Source: Phaeosaccion multiseriatum (Eukaryota > Protista > Ochrophyta, other classes). From it: a stretch of DNA of 64,000 nt. The notes below the pieces were generated by a model. The model ran no database searches, had not been told where the DNA came from, and was given only the letters and a program-made list of their open reading frames with translations. Below are positions 10,820 to 22,740 of this stretch, piece by piece. Position 1 is the stretch's first letter. Each line of letters begins with the position of its first letter. Both the position numbers and the translations under genes were made by a program. The stretch covers positions 310,001 to 374,000 of the forward strand of contig OZ218951.1 of NCBI GenBank assembly GCA_965112735.1. Direction: 5' to 3'.

Positions 10820-13800
10820 GCGCGCACACACACGCACACACGCACACACACACACACAACACATACACACACGCGCCACACACACATGCAGGACATTCTC
10901 TTTGCGGGGGCACACCATGGACGTACTGCATGTGGACTGGTCCCCGGGGGGGGGCATGCTCGCCTCCTGCAGCATCGACAACACCGTTCTTGTGTGGAGG
11001 ATGCCCCAAAGCAATGGGCAGCCGGGAGGGGCCCAAGGAGGCCAAGGAGGAGGGGGGGGGGCGGCGGTGCTGACTCCCTACAGAACCTTGCGAGGGCACG
11101 AGAGCTGGGTCAAGGGTAAGTGGGGGCATGAGAGCTGGGTCAAGGGTAAGTGGGGGCACGAGAGCTGGGTCAAGGGTAAGTGGGGGCATGAGAGCTGGGT
11201 CAAGGGTAAGTGGGGGCATGAGAGCTGGGTCAAGGGTAAGTGGGGGCACGCCGTAGGGGATGGGAGGGGGTCTATGACCACTTGGGTCGAGAGGGAGTGA
11301 GTGGAGGCGGTAGGGGGGGAGGAGTACAAGCAACAACAGAAGTCAGGGCAGGGGGGGCAGGAAGAGGAGCGAGTCAGGGAGGTGGGTGCGTGCGTGCGTG
11401 CGTGCGTGTGTGCGTGCGTGCAATGTTGCTCCGAAGATGAGTGCCGTTATTCGCGTGTTTCTCGGTGTAAGGCTGGGCCCGTTCTCGTCTACAAGCACAG
11501 CACAACACACACATACCCGTACGATACGCCGCGCTCCTCACGCCTCTCCTTCTGACCGCGCAATCATCCCTTCGGCCGTCCACTACCATCTCATCCCTGC
11601 GGCCGTCCACTACAATCTCATCCCTACGGCCATCCACTGCCATCCACTGCCATCCCCTGCCATCTCCCCCCCAAGGCGTGGCGTGGGACCCCGTGGGCAA
11701 GTTCCTTGCTTCCTCCGGCGATGACGGAAAGATCCTCGTGTGGCGGGTGGGGGGGGGCGACACCTGGACAATCGAGGCCTCCATCTCCGATGACAGCGGG
11801 GGCAGTAAGGGCAGCAAGGGGGGCAAGGGGGGCAAGGGGAAGGGGCAGCACGGCTCTGCAGCAGCAGCAGCAGCAGGAGGAGGAGGAGGAGGAGGAGGAG
11901 GAGCAGCCTCCTCGGCTGCCTCGGCCCAGGGGGGCAAGACCCAGGGGGGCGGCGGCTCGAAAACCCTCTTCAGGCGACTGAGCTGGAGCGCCGACGGGCA
12001 GGTAGGGGGGCTGCGGAGGAGGGAGAAGGGCAGGCGGGGAGCAGGGATGACCGTGCTTCGGGTGGGGTATGGGGTATAGATGACCCCGTGGAGGGGACAT
12101 GCTCGCGGTGTGTGTACCCTTCCGTTCCGTCCTTCCTCCCCCTCTCACGCTCTCTTCTCCTCTCTTTCTCTCCTTCCTCCCCCCTCTCACGCTCTCTTCT
12201 CCTGTCTGTCTCTCTCTCTCTCTTCACCTGCGAACTACGCTCTCTCCCCTCTCCCAGTCCATCTGCGCCACCAACGGCACCAAGCAGAAGCAGCACGTGG
12301 TCAAGGTGTTGCGGCGCGGTGCTTGGGGAGAGGAAGACGCCGCCCTCGTGGGGCACACTTCACCCGTTGTGGCCACCAGGTGGGCCGCAAGTCGGGGAGG
12401 GGGTGGGGGGCAACGCAGCCAGTAAGGGAGGCAGGCAGGGAGGCAGGGAGGGAGGGAGGGAGGGAGGGAGGGAGGGAGGGAGGGAGGGAGGGAGGGAGGG
12501 AGGGGCAGGGCAGTCCAGAGGGCTTCATAGTTCTGTAGAGACGAGAGGAAGAGGGAGGGGCACGGGCGGGGGAGCGTGGCGTTGGGAATGCGGCGTTGAA
12601 GGCCGAAGAAGAGGTTCGGATCTTTTGTTACAAAGGGTTGAGGAGGGACTTTATTGACTTAATAGGAATCACCTAAGAAACTGAAGGGTTGAGGAGTGGC
12701 TCTTTGGCGCGTTGGCAGACTGAGAGAGATGAGACCACGATGGTCCTGGCCGCCTGTGTGCCCCTCACCCCTCCTCTCCCCTCCCCTCCCCTCCTCTCCC
12801 CTCCTCTCCCCTCCTCTCCCCTCCTCTCCCCTCCTCTCCCCTCCCCTCCCCTCCTCTCCACTCCCTCCCCGCTGGCGTAGGTCAAGCCCTCATCTGTACA
12901 CGGCTGCTCCAACGGCTGCTCCAAGGCGTGAGAGCGAGGAGCGAGACGGAGACGGAGACGGCGGCGGCGGCAAAGGAAAGGGTACGAGTAAGAGCACCAA
13001 GGGCAAGGGTACCGCCGCCGCAGCCCGAAGACGAGGAGGAGGAGGGCCCGTCTCTATTGGTCGCAGCTATGGGCTCGTGGCGGTGGGCGGCAACGACGGA
13101 GTGCTCTCTGTTTGGAAGAGTTGTCAAGTGAACGCCATCGCCGTGCTGAGGGGCGCCTTCAGCCTGCCGCCCGTGGACATGTCGTGGGGTAGCGATGGGT
13201 ACACCTTGCTCGTCGCCAGCGTGGACGGGACACTGGCAGGTGCGTTCGTGCGTGCGTGAATGCGTGTGCTTGGGTGCGTGTGGGTGCGTGTGTGGGTGCG
13301 ACGGTCCCCGAGCGGGCGGTCGTCTTCGGACAGCAGTGCAGCAGGGTGGGGTAGTGTTTCATCCTCCTCTGTCCTGCCTCATTTTCGTCGGTGTTGTGTG
13401 TTGCTGCCCTCCCTTCTCCTCCCCTCCCCTGCAAGTGATCCGCTTCACGGCGAAGGAGGCGGGCATTCCCTTGTCCAGCGAAGAGCGTCTGACCTTCATG
13501 CGGGGGGTAAGTAAGTCAAGTAGCCACCCTCTCTCCCTCTGTCCTTACACCCCTCTGTCTCTGTCCTGACACCCTCTCTCTCTGTCCTGACACCCTCTCT
13601 CTCTGTCCTTACAGCCTCTCTCTCTGTGTCCTAACACCCTCTCTCTCTGTCCTGACACCCTCTCTCTCTGTCCTGACACCCCCTATCTCTGTCCTGACAC
13701 TCTCTCTCCTTCACGTCCCAATTCACCTCTCTCATGCCCCCTGCCGTGCCCATGCAGCTGTACGGCAGCGCTGCGGCAGGAGGGGCGACGAGCCTGGGCC

Positions 13801-13845
13801 TGGCAGAGACGCCACTTCTCGTGGAGAACGCCTTCCAGCTGGAGA

Positions 13846-13880
<35 letters not shown>

Positions 13881-15747
13881 GCGGGCACAGGAGGGGCGGG
13901 AGGACAAGCGGGGGGGATGATGAACGGCCCAGGGGGGATGATGAACGGCCCAGGGGGGATGGGCTCCTCTGCTTCTGCTGTGGTTGGGCACCGGCCCACG
14001 ACGATAAGCTCGCAGCAAACGTCGACGGGAAGGGACGGCAAGAAACGCATCCGGCCTGTGCTCCTCCCCGTCAACGGCACGGCTCCTGCTCTTGGGGGGG
14101 GGGGTGGCGTGTTTGGGGGGCAACCTCCCAACAAACGACCCAGGGTAGACGGAGCAGCAGCAGCGGGAGGAGGAGGAGGAGGAGGAGGAGGAGGAGGAGG
14201 AGGTGAGACGACGAAGAAATTCACCCCCATCGTCTCCACCCAACCCGTCTGTCTGTCTGTCTACTGTCTCTTGGGTGTTGTTGGTTGCTTTCGCTTGCTG
14301 ACTCGCTGTCGTTGCCCTGCCCTTGTTCTGTTCTGTGTCCCGTTTCCTGTACCGAGGGCCAATAGGCTGCTCCAATTGCGGCTGTAGAGGAGGGGGAGGA
14401 GGAGAAGGAGGAGGAGGTGGAGGAGGTGGAGGAGGTGGAGGAGGAGGTGGAGGAGGTGGAGGAGGTGGAGGAGGTGGAAGGGCAGGAGGCTACCGGCACG
14501 CTAGTCTAGTGCTGCACGGAGCTAGTAACTTGGAACCACCGCTTGTAAGTGCAGCGTCATTCCTGCCCCTCGGGGAGGAAGAGGGCGGAGGAGGGGGCGG
14601 CGGAGGGGGACAGGCGGAGGCAGAGGGGGAAAGGGGGTTCGTGGCTAGACTTATCGAGGGGGGCGGCGCCCCGACGGGGGCACTGCTTGAACCTGGGGTG
14701 GGGGGCGGGCGGGAGGGCTTCTTGCCTCCTCTGCGAGTAGATACACTATTGACCTGCAGGCCCTTCCGTTGTCGGAGCGGCCCGGGGGGGGCGCAGGGGC
14801 AGACGGAGGAGTACTGCACCGTCACGCTGGGCTCCACGTCAAGCTCCAGGTATGTGTTGTTGTGTATGCCTCCCATTTTGTTGGGTATGCCTCCCCAGTT
14901 TGAAGAGCGCTGACAGAGCGAACAATTAGAGAATCGATGTGCCCTAAGGGATGTGCCCTACTCACGCAGGGTTACTCTCTCCTTAGCTTGGCTTGGCTGT
15001 CTCCTTAGCTTGGCTGGGCTGTCTCCTTAGCTTGGCTTGGCTGTCTCCTTAGCTTGGCTTGGCTGTCTCCTTAGCTTGGCTTGGCTGTCTCCTTAGCTTG
15101 GCTTGGCTGTCTCCTTAGCTTGGCTGGGCTGTCTCCTTAGCTTGGCTGGGCTGTCTCCTTAGCTTGGCTGGGCTGTCTCCTTTGCATTGGCTTGGCTGTC
15201 TCCTTAGCTTGGCTGGGCTGTCTCCTTTGCATTGGCTTGGCTGTCTCCTTAGCTTGGCTTGGCTGTCTCCTTAGCTTGGCTTGGCTGTCTCCTTACAAGT
15301 AGCTTGGCAGGGCTTAGCGTGGCAGGCCTTCGCGTGGCAGGCCTTAGCCCAAGCGGCATACCGCACACCGCTGCTTTGCTTTCTACGATGGGCGGCTTCA
15401 CTGTATCATTTTGTGCGCCAACGTCGGTACCCTCCCCCTCCCACCACCACTACCACCACCCCCATCCTCCACCACCACCCACCAGCAGCCGCAGCACGGG
15501 ACTGGGGGCTAATGCGAGGGAGGAAGGAGGGTACGGCAGTCTCAGCGCAGTCAGCAGGTGAGTCAGCAGAAGAGAGAGAGAGAGCGAGAGATGTTCCTTC
15601 CGTGGGGTGTATATTAGCTGAGTCAGCAGAAGAGAGAGAGAGAGAGCGAGAGATGTTCCTTCCGTGGGGTGTATATTAGCTGAGTCAGCAGAAGAGAGAG
15701 AGAGAGAGAGATGTTCCTTCCGTGGGGTGTATATTAGCTGAGTCAGC

Positions 15748-15783
<36 letters not shown>

Positions 15784-18700
15784 TTCCTTCCGTGGGGTGT
15801 ATATTAGCTGAGTCAGCAGAAGAGAGAGAGAGAGAGATGTTCCTTCCGTGGGGTGTATGTTAGCTGAGTCAGCAGAAGAGAGAGAGAGAGAGAGAGAGCG
15901 AGAGATGTTCCTTCCGTGGGGTGTATATTAGCTGAGTCAGCAGAAGAGAGAGAGAGCGAGAGATGTTCCTTCCGTGGGGTGTGTATTAGCTGAGTCAGCA
16001 GAAGAGAGAGAGAGCGAGAGATGTTCCTTCCGTGGGGTGTATGTTAGCTGAGTCAGCAGAAGAGAGAGAGAGAGAGAGAGAGATGTTCCTTCCGTGGGGT
16101 GTATATTGGCTGAGTCAGCAGAAGAGAGAGAGAGCGAGAGATGTTCCTTCCGTGGGGTGTATATTAGCTGAGTCAGCAGAAGAGAGAGAGAGCGAGAGAT
16201 GTTCCTTCCGTGGGGTGTATATTAGCTGAGTCAGCAGAAGAGAGAGAGAGCGAGAGATGTTCCTTCCGTGGGGTGTATATTAGCTGAGTCAGCAGAAGAG
16301 AGAGAGAGAGCGAGAGATGTTCCTTCCGTGGGGTGTATATTAGCTGAGTCAGCAGAAGAGAGAGAGAGCGAGAGATGTTCCTTCCGTGGGGTGTATATTA
16401 GCTGAGTCAGCAGAAGAGAGAGAGAGCGAGAGATGTTCCTTCCGTGGGGTGTATATTAGCTGAGTCAGCAGAAGAGAGAGAGAGCGAGCGATGTTCCTTC
16501 CGTGGGGTGTATATTAGCGGAGTCAGCAGAAGAGAGAGAGAGCGAGAGATGTTCCTTCCGTGGGGTGTATATTAGCTGAGTCAGCAGAAGAGAGAGAGAG
16601 AGCGAGAGATGTTCCTTCCGTGGGGTGTATATTAGCTGAGTCAGCAGAAGAGAGAGAGAGCGAGAGATGTTCCTTCCGTGGGGTGTATATTAGCTGAGTC
16701 AGCAGAAGAGAGAGAGAGAGAGATGTTCCTTCCGTGGGGTGTATATTAGCTGAGTCAGCAGAAGAGAGAGAGAGAGATGTTCCTTCCGTGGGGTGTATAT
16801 TAGCTGAGTCAGCAGAAGAGAGAGAGAGAGAGATGTTCCTTCCGTGGGTGTATATAAGCTGAGTCAGCAGAAGAGAGAGAGAGCGAGCGATGTTCCTTCC
16901 GTGGGGTGTATGTTAGTGGGCGAGGTAGGAGGGTGAAGGGCTTTCACCTAAGCCGCCTGGCATCCCTGGCATTGGTATCAGTGGCCTGACACCACCCTCC
17001 CTTTTCCCTGCCTGCCCATGTGCCCATATTCCTGCCCCCCCCATTCTCAGCACCTCGAGTGTGCTCTGGCAAGACCACCTCCCCGGTGTGGCTCTGTCTT
17101 GCTGCGGAAACCACCGCCTCAGCGCTGTGGGCATGACGGACGGCTCCCTCGTCGTGCTGGACCGCAATGGGGTGCGCGCCATGCCCACTCTCGTGCTACA
17201 GGGGGGCGTGGCGCACTTGGAATGCAGCAGCAGCAGTTGGTCATACGGCTGCAGCAGTAGTAGTGGCAGTAGTGGCGGCAGTAGTGAGACCCTGTTGATG
17301 GCGATAACGACTCTGGGCCAGGTGCATGTATGGGACATGGACCCTCTGCGGCGCGTACTGACCACCTCCCTCACGCCTCCCTTCTGGGCCATGGCCAAGG
17401 GAAGGGCAGCAGTCGGTGGTACGGCAGCAGCTGACAAAACAGCAACAGGAGCAGGAGCAGGGGGAGGAGGTTCGACTCATGGGGTGGAGGGGGGTGGAAG
17501 CAGCGGGGGTAACGGCGATTTGAACAGCCCCAGAGTGGTCCGATGCGCCCTGACGCCGTCCGGTGCCCCCTTGGTGGTGCTTCTGCTGAGCGGGGCCCAG
17601 GGGGGTGCGCTGCAGGCCTTTGTGTACCATCTGCAGCTCGAGACATGGCTGCGTGTGGCAGATGGACGCTCCAAACTCTCCTCCCACTCAAGCCCGCTAG
17701 GCGGTCGGGTAGGGGTAGGAGGAGGAGGAGGAAGGGGAGGGGCGGAAGAGGAGGGGCGAGGGGTGGTGAAGGGCCTGCAGGACTTTGCGTTCTCGGCTGT
17801 GGAGGTGGGGAGGACCCAAGGGGAGGGGGGAAGGCAACAGAGGGCAGCCACAGGTGAGATCTTCTTGGCGTTGCTTGCGCTGTGCTGGGTGCGAGGGCAA
17901 GGGGGAGATGGGGTGGCTTTGAGTAGTGAGCTACCAGGGTGGCGGTCGTAGCGCGGTCGTAGCTGTGTTGACTCCACTCCAACCCAAACTATCTCGTCCT
18001 CTCGTCCTCCTTCCCCTTCCTCCCTCCCTCCCTCCCCTACCAGCCGGGGCGGCGGCGGCGGGTCTTGCTGCCGAGGTGCTGCAACTGAGCTCCAGCCCCG
18101 AAGGCTCTGCGCTTCTTCGCGACGTGAGCAGAGGTCATTTGGAGGAGAGCCTGGCGGGATGCCTGGTGCTCGGCAGCGGGCCGGAGCTGCGTAGGTGGAT
18201 GGCAGCCTACGCCACGCATCTGTCCTCTCCGACGGCGTTGGACCCGGTGCGGCTCCGGGCCTTGTGCGACAAACTGCTGTGTCCGTCAGCAGCTGCCAGT
18301 GGAGGAGGGGGGCGAAGGGGGGGGTCTTCTCGTCATCACAGAGCAAAGGGGAAAGGGAGCATTAACGGGGGAGGGCGGGGGGAGGGGGCGGTTGGGAATG
18401 GTTACAACGCGGAGGAGGTCGGCAGCGACAGCGAGGGCTTAGAGGGCCATGCTGAAGGCAATTCTGCCGGACATTCTGCCAGACATTCTGCTGGACATTC
18501 TGTCGTACACACGGAGGGTGCGTCTCTGCCTCAGAGCGGCACAAACGGTCGAGCAGCAGGAGCCGCAGGGGCCCTAGTCACCTCAGACACAACGCTTTCG
18601 CAGCACGGCAAGAAGCGAGCTCGTGGGGGGCATGGTGGTGATACGCACGACGACGACGACGAGGAGGAAGGCAGTGATGGTGGTGGTGAAGCGGCGAGCA

Positions 18701-18882
18701 GACAGGGTCTCTCCAACCTGCAGCTCGGCACGGGGGCCACGGTACTCGGGTTGGACAAGCGGCTGCTGCTGCGTGAGGTCGTGCTACCCGTCGTCGCCAG
18801 AAACAGGGCGCTGCAGAGGATGGCGGAGGAATTCCTGGAGGCGTTGGACCTCCTCGAGCGGGAGGGAGATGGCAGTGGATGA
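9228..18882 (+). CDS. HIRA: HIRA histone H3.3 chaperone (WD40 + B-domain + Hira C-domain), about 13 exons
   Basis: [11 protein letters not shown]...[62 protein letters not shown]-domain GKKRIRP, C-terminal HLEESLA...ELRRWMAAY and [10 protein letters not shown]...NRALQR. Confidence 0.95.
11094..11250 (+). repeat. 30-bp tandem repeat x5 spanning a HIRA exon/intron junction
   Basis: Unit gggcaYgagagctgggtcaagg|gtaagtgg. Confidence 0.95.
13545..13710 (+). repeat. ~21-bp intronic minisatellite (caccctctctctctgtcctga)
   Basis: About 7-8 imperfect tandem copies in a HIRA intron. Confidence 0.8.
14979..15295 (+). repeat. 22-bp intronic minisatellite, ~14 copies (ctccttagcttggcttggctgt)
   Basis: Tandem copies read directly. 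Confidence 0.92.
15558..16916 (+). repeat. ~58-60-bp intronic minisatellite x23 with variable (AG)n core
   Basis: Unit tgagtcagcagaag(ag)n(cgagag)atgttccttccgtggggtgtatattagc; starts exactly at the 5' splice site 15558. Confidence 0.95.
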
Positions 18883-19787
18883 GGGGAGGGAGGGCAGGAG
18901 AAGAAGGCCATTGACCGACCGGAGAGGTTTGATAAGGGTCAGCAAGGCCAAGGCCAAGGGCAAGGGCAAGGCGAAGAGTGCGTATACCACAGGTGGCAAA
19001 TGCTCCTCCTCCACCACTGGCACTGGCACTAGCAGTACCACCAAGTCTACCTTGCTGCGTCGGAGGGGGAGAGGCCGAGCGCCGGGCCTCAGCAATCTGC
19101 TGCGGAAGGCAAAGGAGGCAAGTGAGGCGGTGAGGTGGTGAATTGCTTGAGTCAGGGGGTGGGGAGGCTGACTGGGTAGGTGTGTGGATAAGTGGGGGGG
19201 GGTGGGGGGCTGGAGGCATGTGCGTGAGTAGGCGTGGGTAGCGGGTGGGGGTACAGTCCAGGTGGAGAGGGCGGCAGCGGCAGCAACAGCAGTTGGTGAT
19301 ACAGCAGCTCGCGATTTCAGGGCCGAGAAGCAGGCAAATCAAGGACCCACACTACGTACACCACGTAGAATGGGAGGAGTCAGTGTTGTGCATGTGTTAC
19401 TTTGCCACACTTCCTCATTTACTTACTGTATTACCCAGAAAAGAATCGTACAAAGGGGGAAGGAGAAGGGAGAAGGGAGAAGGAAGTTAAAGAAGGAAGG
19501 CAGGTCTAGTGTGAGTCCCTCATCATGAGGTTAGAAAGCACACAGAGCCTCCTCCCATGTCTGTGGAACCGGTCCTGGAACCTGCTCCTTCCTTACCACC
19601 GTAGAGGCAACAGCGGGGATGAAGGGCCCAACAGGGTGGTTACGCCTCAAGGTAGGCAGCAGCAGCCATTGAGGCTCGACCAAGGCCTTTAGCCTGGATG
19701 TGTTCCCCTGTGACTGAGAGGAGCCTGACTCCTAACTCAAGATCTTATCTCTGGCCGGCGGAGCGAGACTGAGAGAGTATAACATCA

Positions 19788-19974
19788 TCGACCCCTGACA
19801 CGCTATCGCCCACTTTCTCGATAGCGCGCTATAGCGGATAGCGCGCCGGCTGGCACCGGCCGATAGCGGATAGCGCGCCGGCTGGCGCCGGCGATAGCGG
19901 ATAGCACGCCCCCACAACCCCCCCCCCCCCCCCAAAGCTGGCGCCGGCGATAGCGGATAGCGTGTCAGGGTCGA
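19788..19974. mobile_element. MITE-like element with ~20-bp TIRs bounded by TCGA
   Basis: Left end tcgacccctgacacgctatc, right end gatagcgtgtcagggtcga (1-nt indel); internal gccggcgatagcggatagc repeats; related end sequence near 35590, 36180, 36770 and 37019. Confidence 0.65.
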
Positions 19975-20562
19975 ACGGTCGAACATCAAAGGGCATGGTC
20001 GCCCGTATGCCTCTAATTCATTGACTTTCTGTACGGAGAAGGGGGACCTGCAAGGAAAAAAGTAGACCAGATCGACCATCGGCAATAGCAGCAGCGGTAC
20101 CATCAGCAGCGGGAGCAGCAACTTCACCCCCCCCCCCCCCCCCCCCCGAAGCAAGGAGTAGAACACATCGACCCATCGGCAGCAGCAGCAGCGGCACCAT
20201 CACCAGAGTAGTTCACTCTTTCCCCTCTTTAAGCCACTTCTCTTCTCTAGGGGCTTCCCTTTAGCTCAATAAGAAGAGACCCCAGACGGCACTCTCAGCA
20301 GGCAGCAGCAGCAGCAGCAGCAAGGCGTTCAAAGGGCAGACGTCGCCACTGTCCACAAAGAGAGGCTTCCCGTTAGCGCAAGTCAAGAGGAGACACGAGA
20401 CAGTGTTACCTTACCGAGCTTGACCCCCAACGGGAGTAGCAGCAGTGACAAAAGCAGTGGCAGGAGGAGCAGCAACAGCAGGGCGTTCGAGTATTTCAAA
20501 GACACCACTGGAGCCTTGGAGGGAAGCTATGCGAGGAGTGTGTAAAGTTGAGGGGTGTGAGA

Positions 20563-21639
20563 TGTATATTAGAGCTTATGGGCTCAGTATTGGAGCGCTC
20601 GAGGTAAGTTGTAACCATGGGTAGATGTGTGTATGTGTGGTATTGATGGAGCGTGATGTGGAGGGGAAGAGGATGGTAAGGGTGGTAGAGTAGAGGATAA
20701 TGGGGAATGAGAAGGGAGTGAAGGGGGGAGGAGGAGATGAAGGGGTGTGGGAAGGAGTGAGGTGGTGGAGGTGATGTGTGAACTATCCTGCTGTGGGTGG
20801 TGCGGGTGACAAGGCGTGACTAACTGTGGTTGCTATGCTGTGTGCTGATGGTCTCGCTGTCTGCTGGCTGGTGTACTCCTGCTCCTCAGGCGGCCGCTCC
20901 GTCGATGGCTCCCATGAGCCCCCAGTCGAGGGTTTCTGCTGCTTCGTGCTGCGTCATCGTGGCTCGAAGGAGGGTGCCATACCTGATCTCCCGCTGTGAG
21001 AGGGCGCGTTGAAGGGCGAGGGACAGTTGTTGGCGCAGGAGGCCCTTGATGGGGCCCGTGGCTGCCGCCGCTGCGGGGCCGAGCCCTCTTGATGCCTTGT
21101 GGATGGCCATCGCCTCGATGAGCTCGTCCGTTTGGTGGCCCAGTCTGCCGTACGTCTCGATTGCAATGCACTTCAGGGTTGAAGTCCCGGGCAGAAAACT
21201 GCCCAGGTAGTGCGTGCGCTTGCGCTCTTCGGCGGCGGCTGCTGCGTGGCCTGGCGTGGTGGAGGCCCGTCCCACGTGGGTGGGGGCGGTGGGGTTGGTG
21301 ACGGTGATGTCGCAGAGGAGGTTTCTCCGCAGGGGTGCGTCCGCTCCCGGGAAGCTACCTGCGGGATAGGTCAGGTCCATGCGTAGGTCTCGGCCTGCTC
21401 GGGTGCCCGTGGGGCCGTCGAAGCAGGTCTGGTCCTCTACTCGTGCTCCTCCTATGCCCACGCTGTGCATCATCCTCCCGAAGGCCTTGACGAGGAGGTG
21501 GTGTGTGTGGTTGTGGAGGCCGGTGCGGGGGCAGATGGTGGCGTGGGTGGTGCTTGCCGTGCGGGCGCAGCCTGTGCCGAGGCAGGGTGGGGGCGGGTCC
21601 GCGTATGGTGTGTTGACACCGAGGTTGCGACGAAGGGCC
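20563..21639 (-). mobile_element. 5'-truncated CRE/SLACS-like non-LTR retrotransposon (CCHC knuckle + restriction-like endonuclease + 3' UTR)
   Basis: Minus frame CLGTGC-x7-H-x3-C, RMD...LCDITV...AEERKRTHY...IAIETYGRLG...LSLALQR, stop at 20886; flanked by GTGAGA direct repeats (20557-20562, 21640-21645). Confidence 0.85.
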
Positions 21640-22643
21640 GTGAGAAGTATCAGCAGCAGGGAGGATTGTGTGTGTCTCATGGAGCTGTGATGAAGAGGTG
21701 TTCTGTCGAGGGGTGTGAAAAGATGCGTATCCAGGGAGGATTGTGTGTGTCTCATGGAGCTGTGAGGAAGAGGTGTTCTGTCGAGGGGTGTCAAACGCAG
21801 TCGAGGCAGGGAGGATTGTGTGCTTCTCATGGAGCTGTGAGGAAGAGGTGTAGTGAAGGGGGCTGCATCAAGTACCCTCAGCATGGCTTAGGTGGGATGT
21901 GCATCAGACACGCTCGAATGAAACGAGAGAGAGCAGAGCAGCAGGAGGGGGGGCTTCAGTGTGCGCCTGGATCCAAGCGACGAGCTGCGACCGACATCCG
22001 TGGGAGAGAAGGGAAGAGGGCAAGACTTCCAACCAAGGAAGAAGACAATGAAGACAACGACAGGGAGGAGGAGAGTGCGGAAGGATTGATTGCGAGGCTG
22101 GGGCTCCATGTCGGGGACGAGGTTCAGCTGCCCGCTGGTCTGTGGAGGGAGCTGGAGGGTGGTGGGGCTGAGGCTGCCACAGTCTGCTTGGGCCATCGAG
22201 ACACAGAGCTGTCGAATGGCGTGGTGGTGACTGTGGGCCGGGGGAGGGTGAGGCTACTTCCCTACTGTGCGGTTCGCACCAAGAGGAAGGGAGCCAGCGT
22301 GGAGAGCATTGTTGGAGACTTTGTGTCTGCCTACCACCGGTATCGCTCAGGAGGAGGAGGGGGTGATGATGCTGACGATGAGCAGCAGGAGGAGGAGTGG
22401 GCCGTGCTGGAGGAGAGCATGGTGACGGCGAGTGAGAGGAAAAGGCGCGGACGGAAGGCGCTGCGAGCGTGCGAGCGTGTGGAGGGCCCAAGCTTAGGAC
22501 TTGAGCTGTGAAGACCCGATGACGGGAAGTGGTGCTCTTATCATTCTGTATCACGGAGCTTGTCTGCTTGAAGCAGAGGCACTGACGCAGTGTGCGGAGA
22601 GTGGACAGGGGGTGGGAGGGGACGGAGGGGGGGAACGATGGAG

Positions 22644-22740
22644 GAGGGGCTGGCTTGGGCGAATGAGCACTTGGTGGAGGGGCTGGCTTGGGCGAATGAG
22701 CACTTGGTGGAGGGGCTGGCTTGGGCGAATGAGCACTTGG
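22644..22740 (+). repeat. 33-bp tandem repeat x3 (EGLAWANEHLV)
   Basis: Near-perfect copies in the pseudogene tail. Confidence 0.9.

Noticed and set aside
15558-16916. CRISPR-like array or recursive splice sites
   Set aside because: No unique spacers (only AG length varies), no cas genes, and unit junctions are AG|CT rather than AG|GT.
18869-19141. Lys/Arg-rich ORF overlapping the HIRA stop
   Set aside because: Low complexity, no recognisable domain or supported next exon; HIRA already ends at its conserved C-terminus.
20886-22511. Genuine overlapping antisense gene pair (332 aa and 348 aa)
   Set aside because: The overlap is explained by a retrotransposon insertion junction; each ORF is chimeric across position ~21640.
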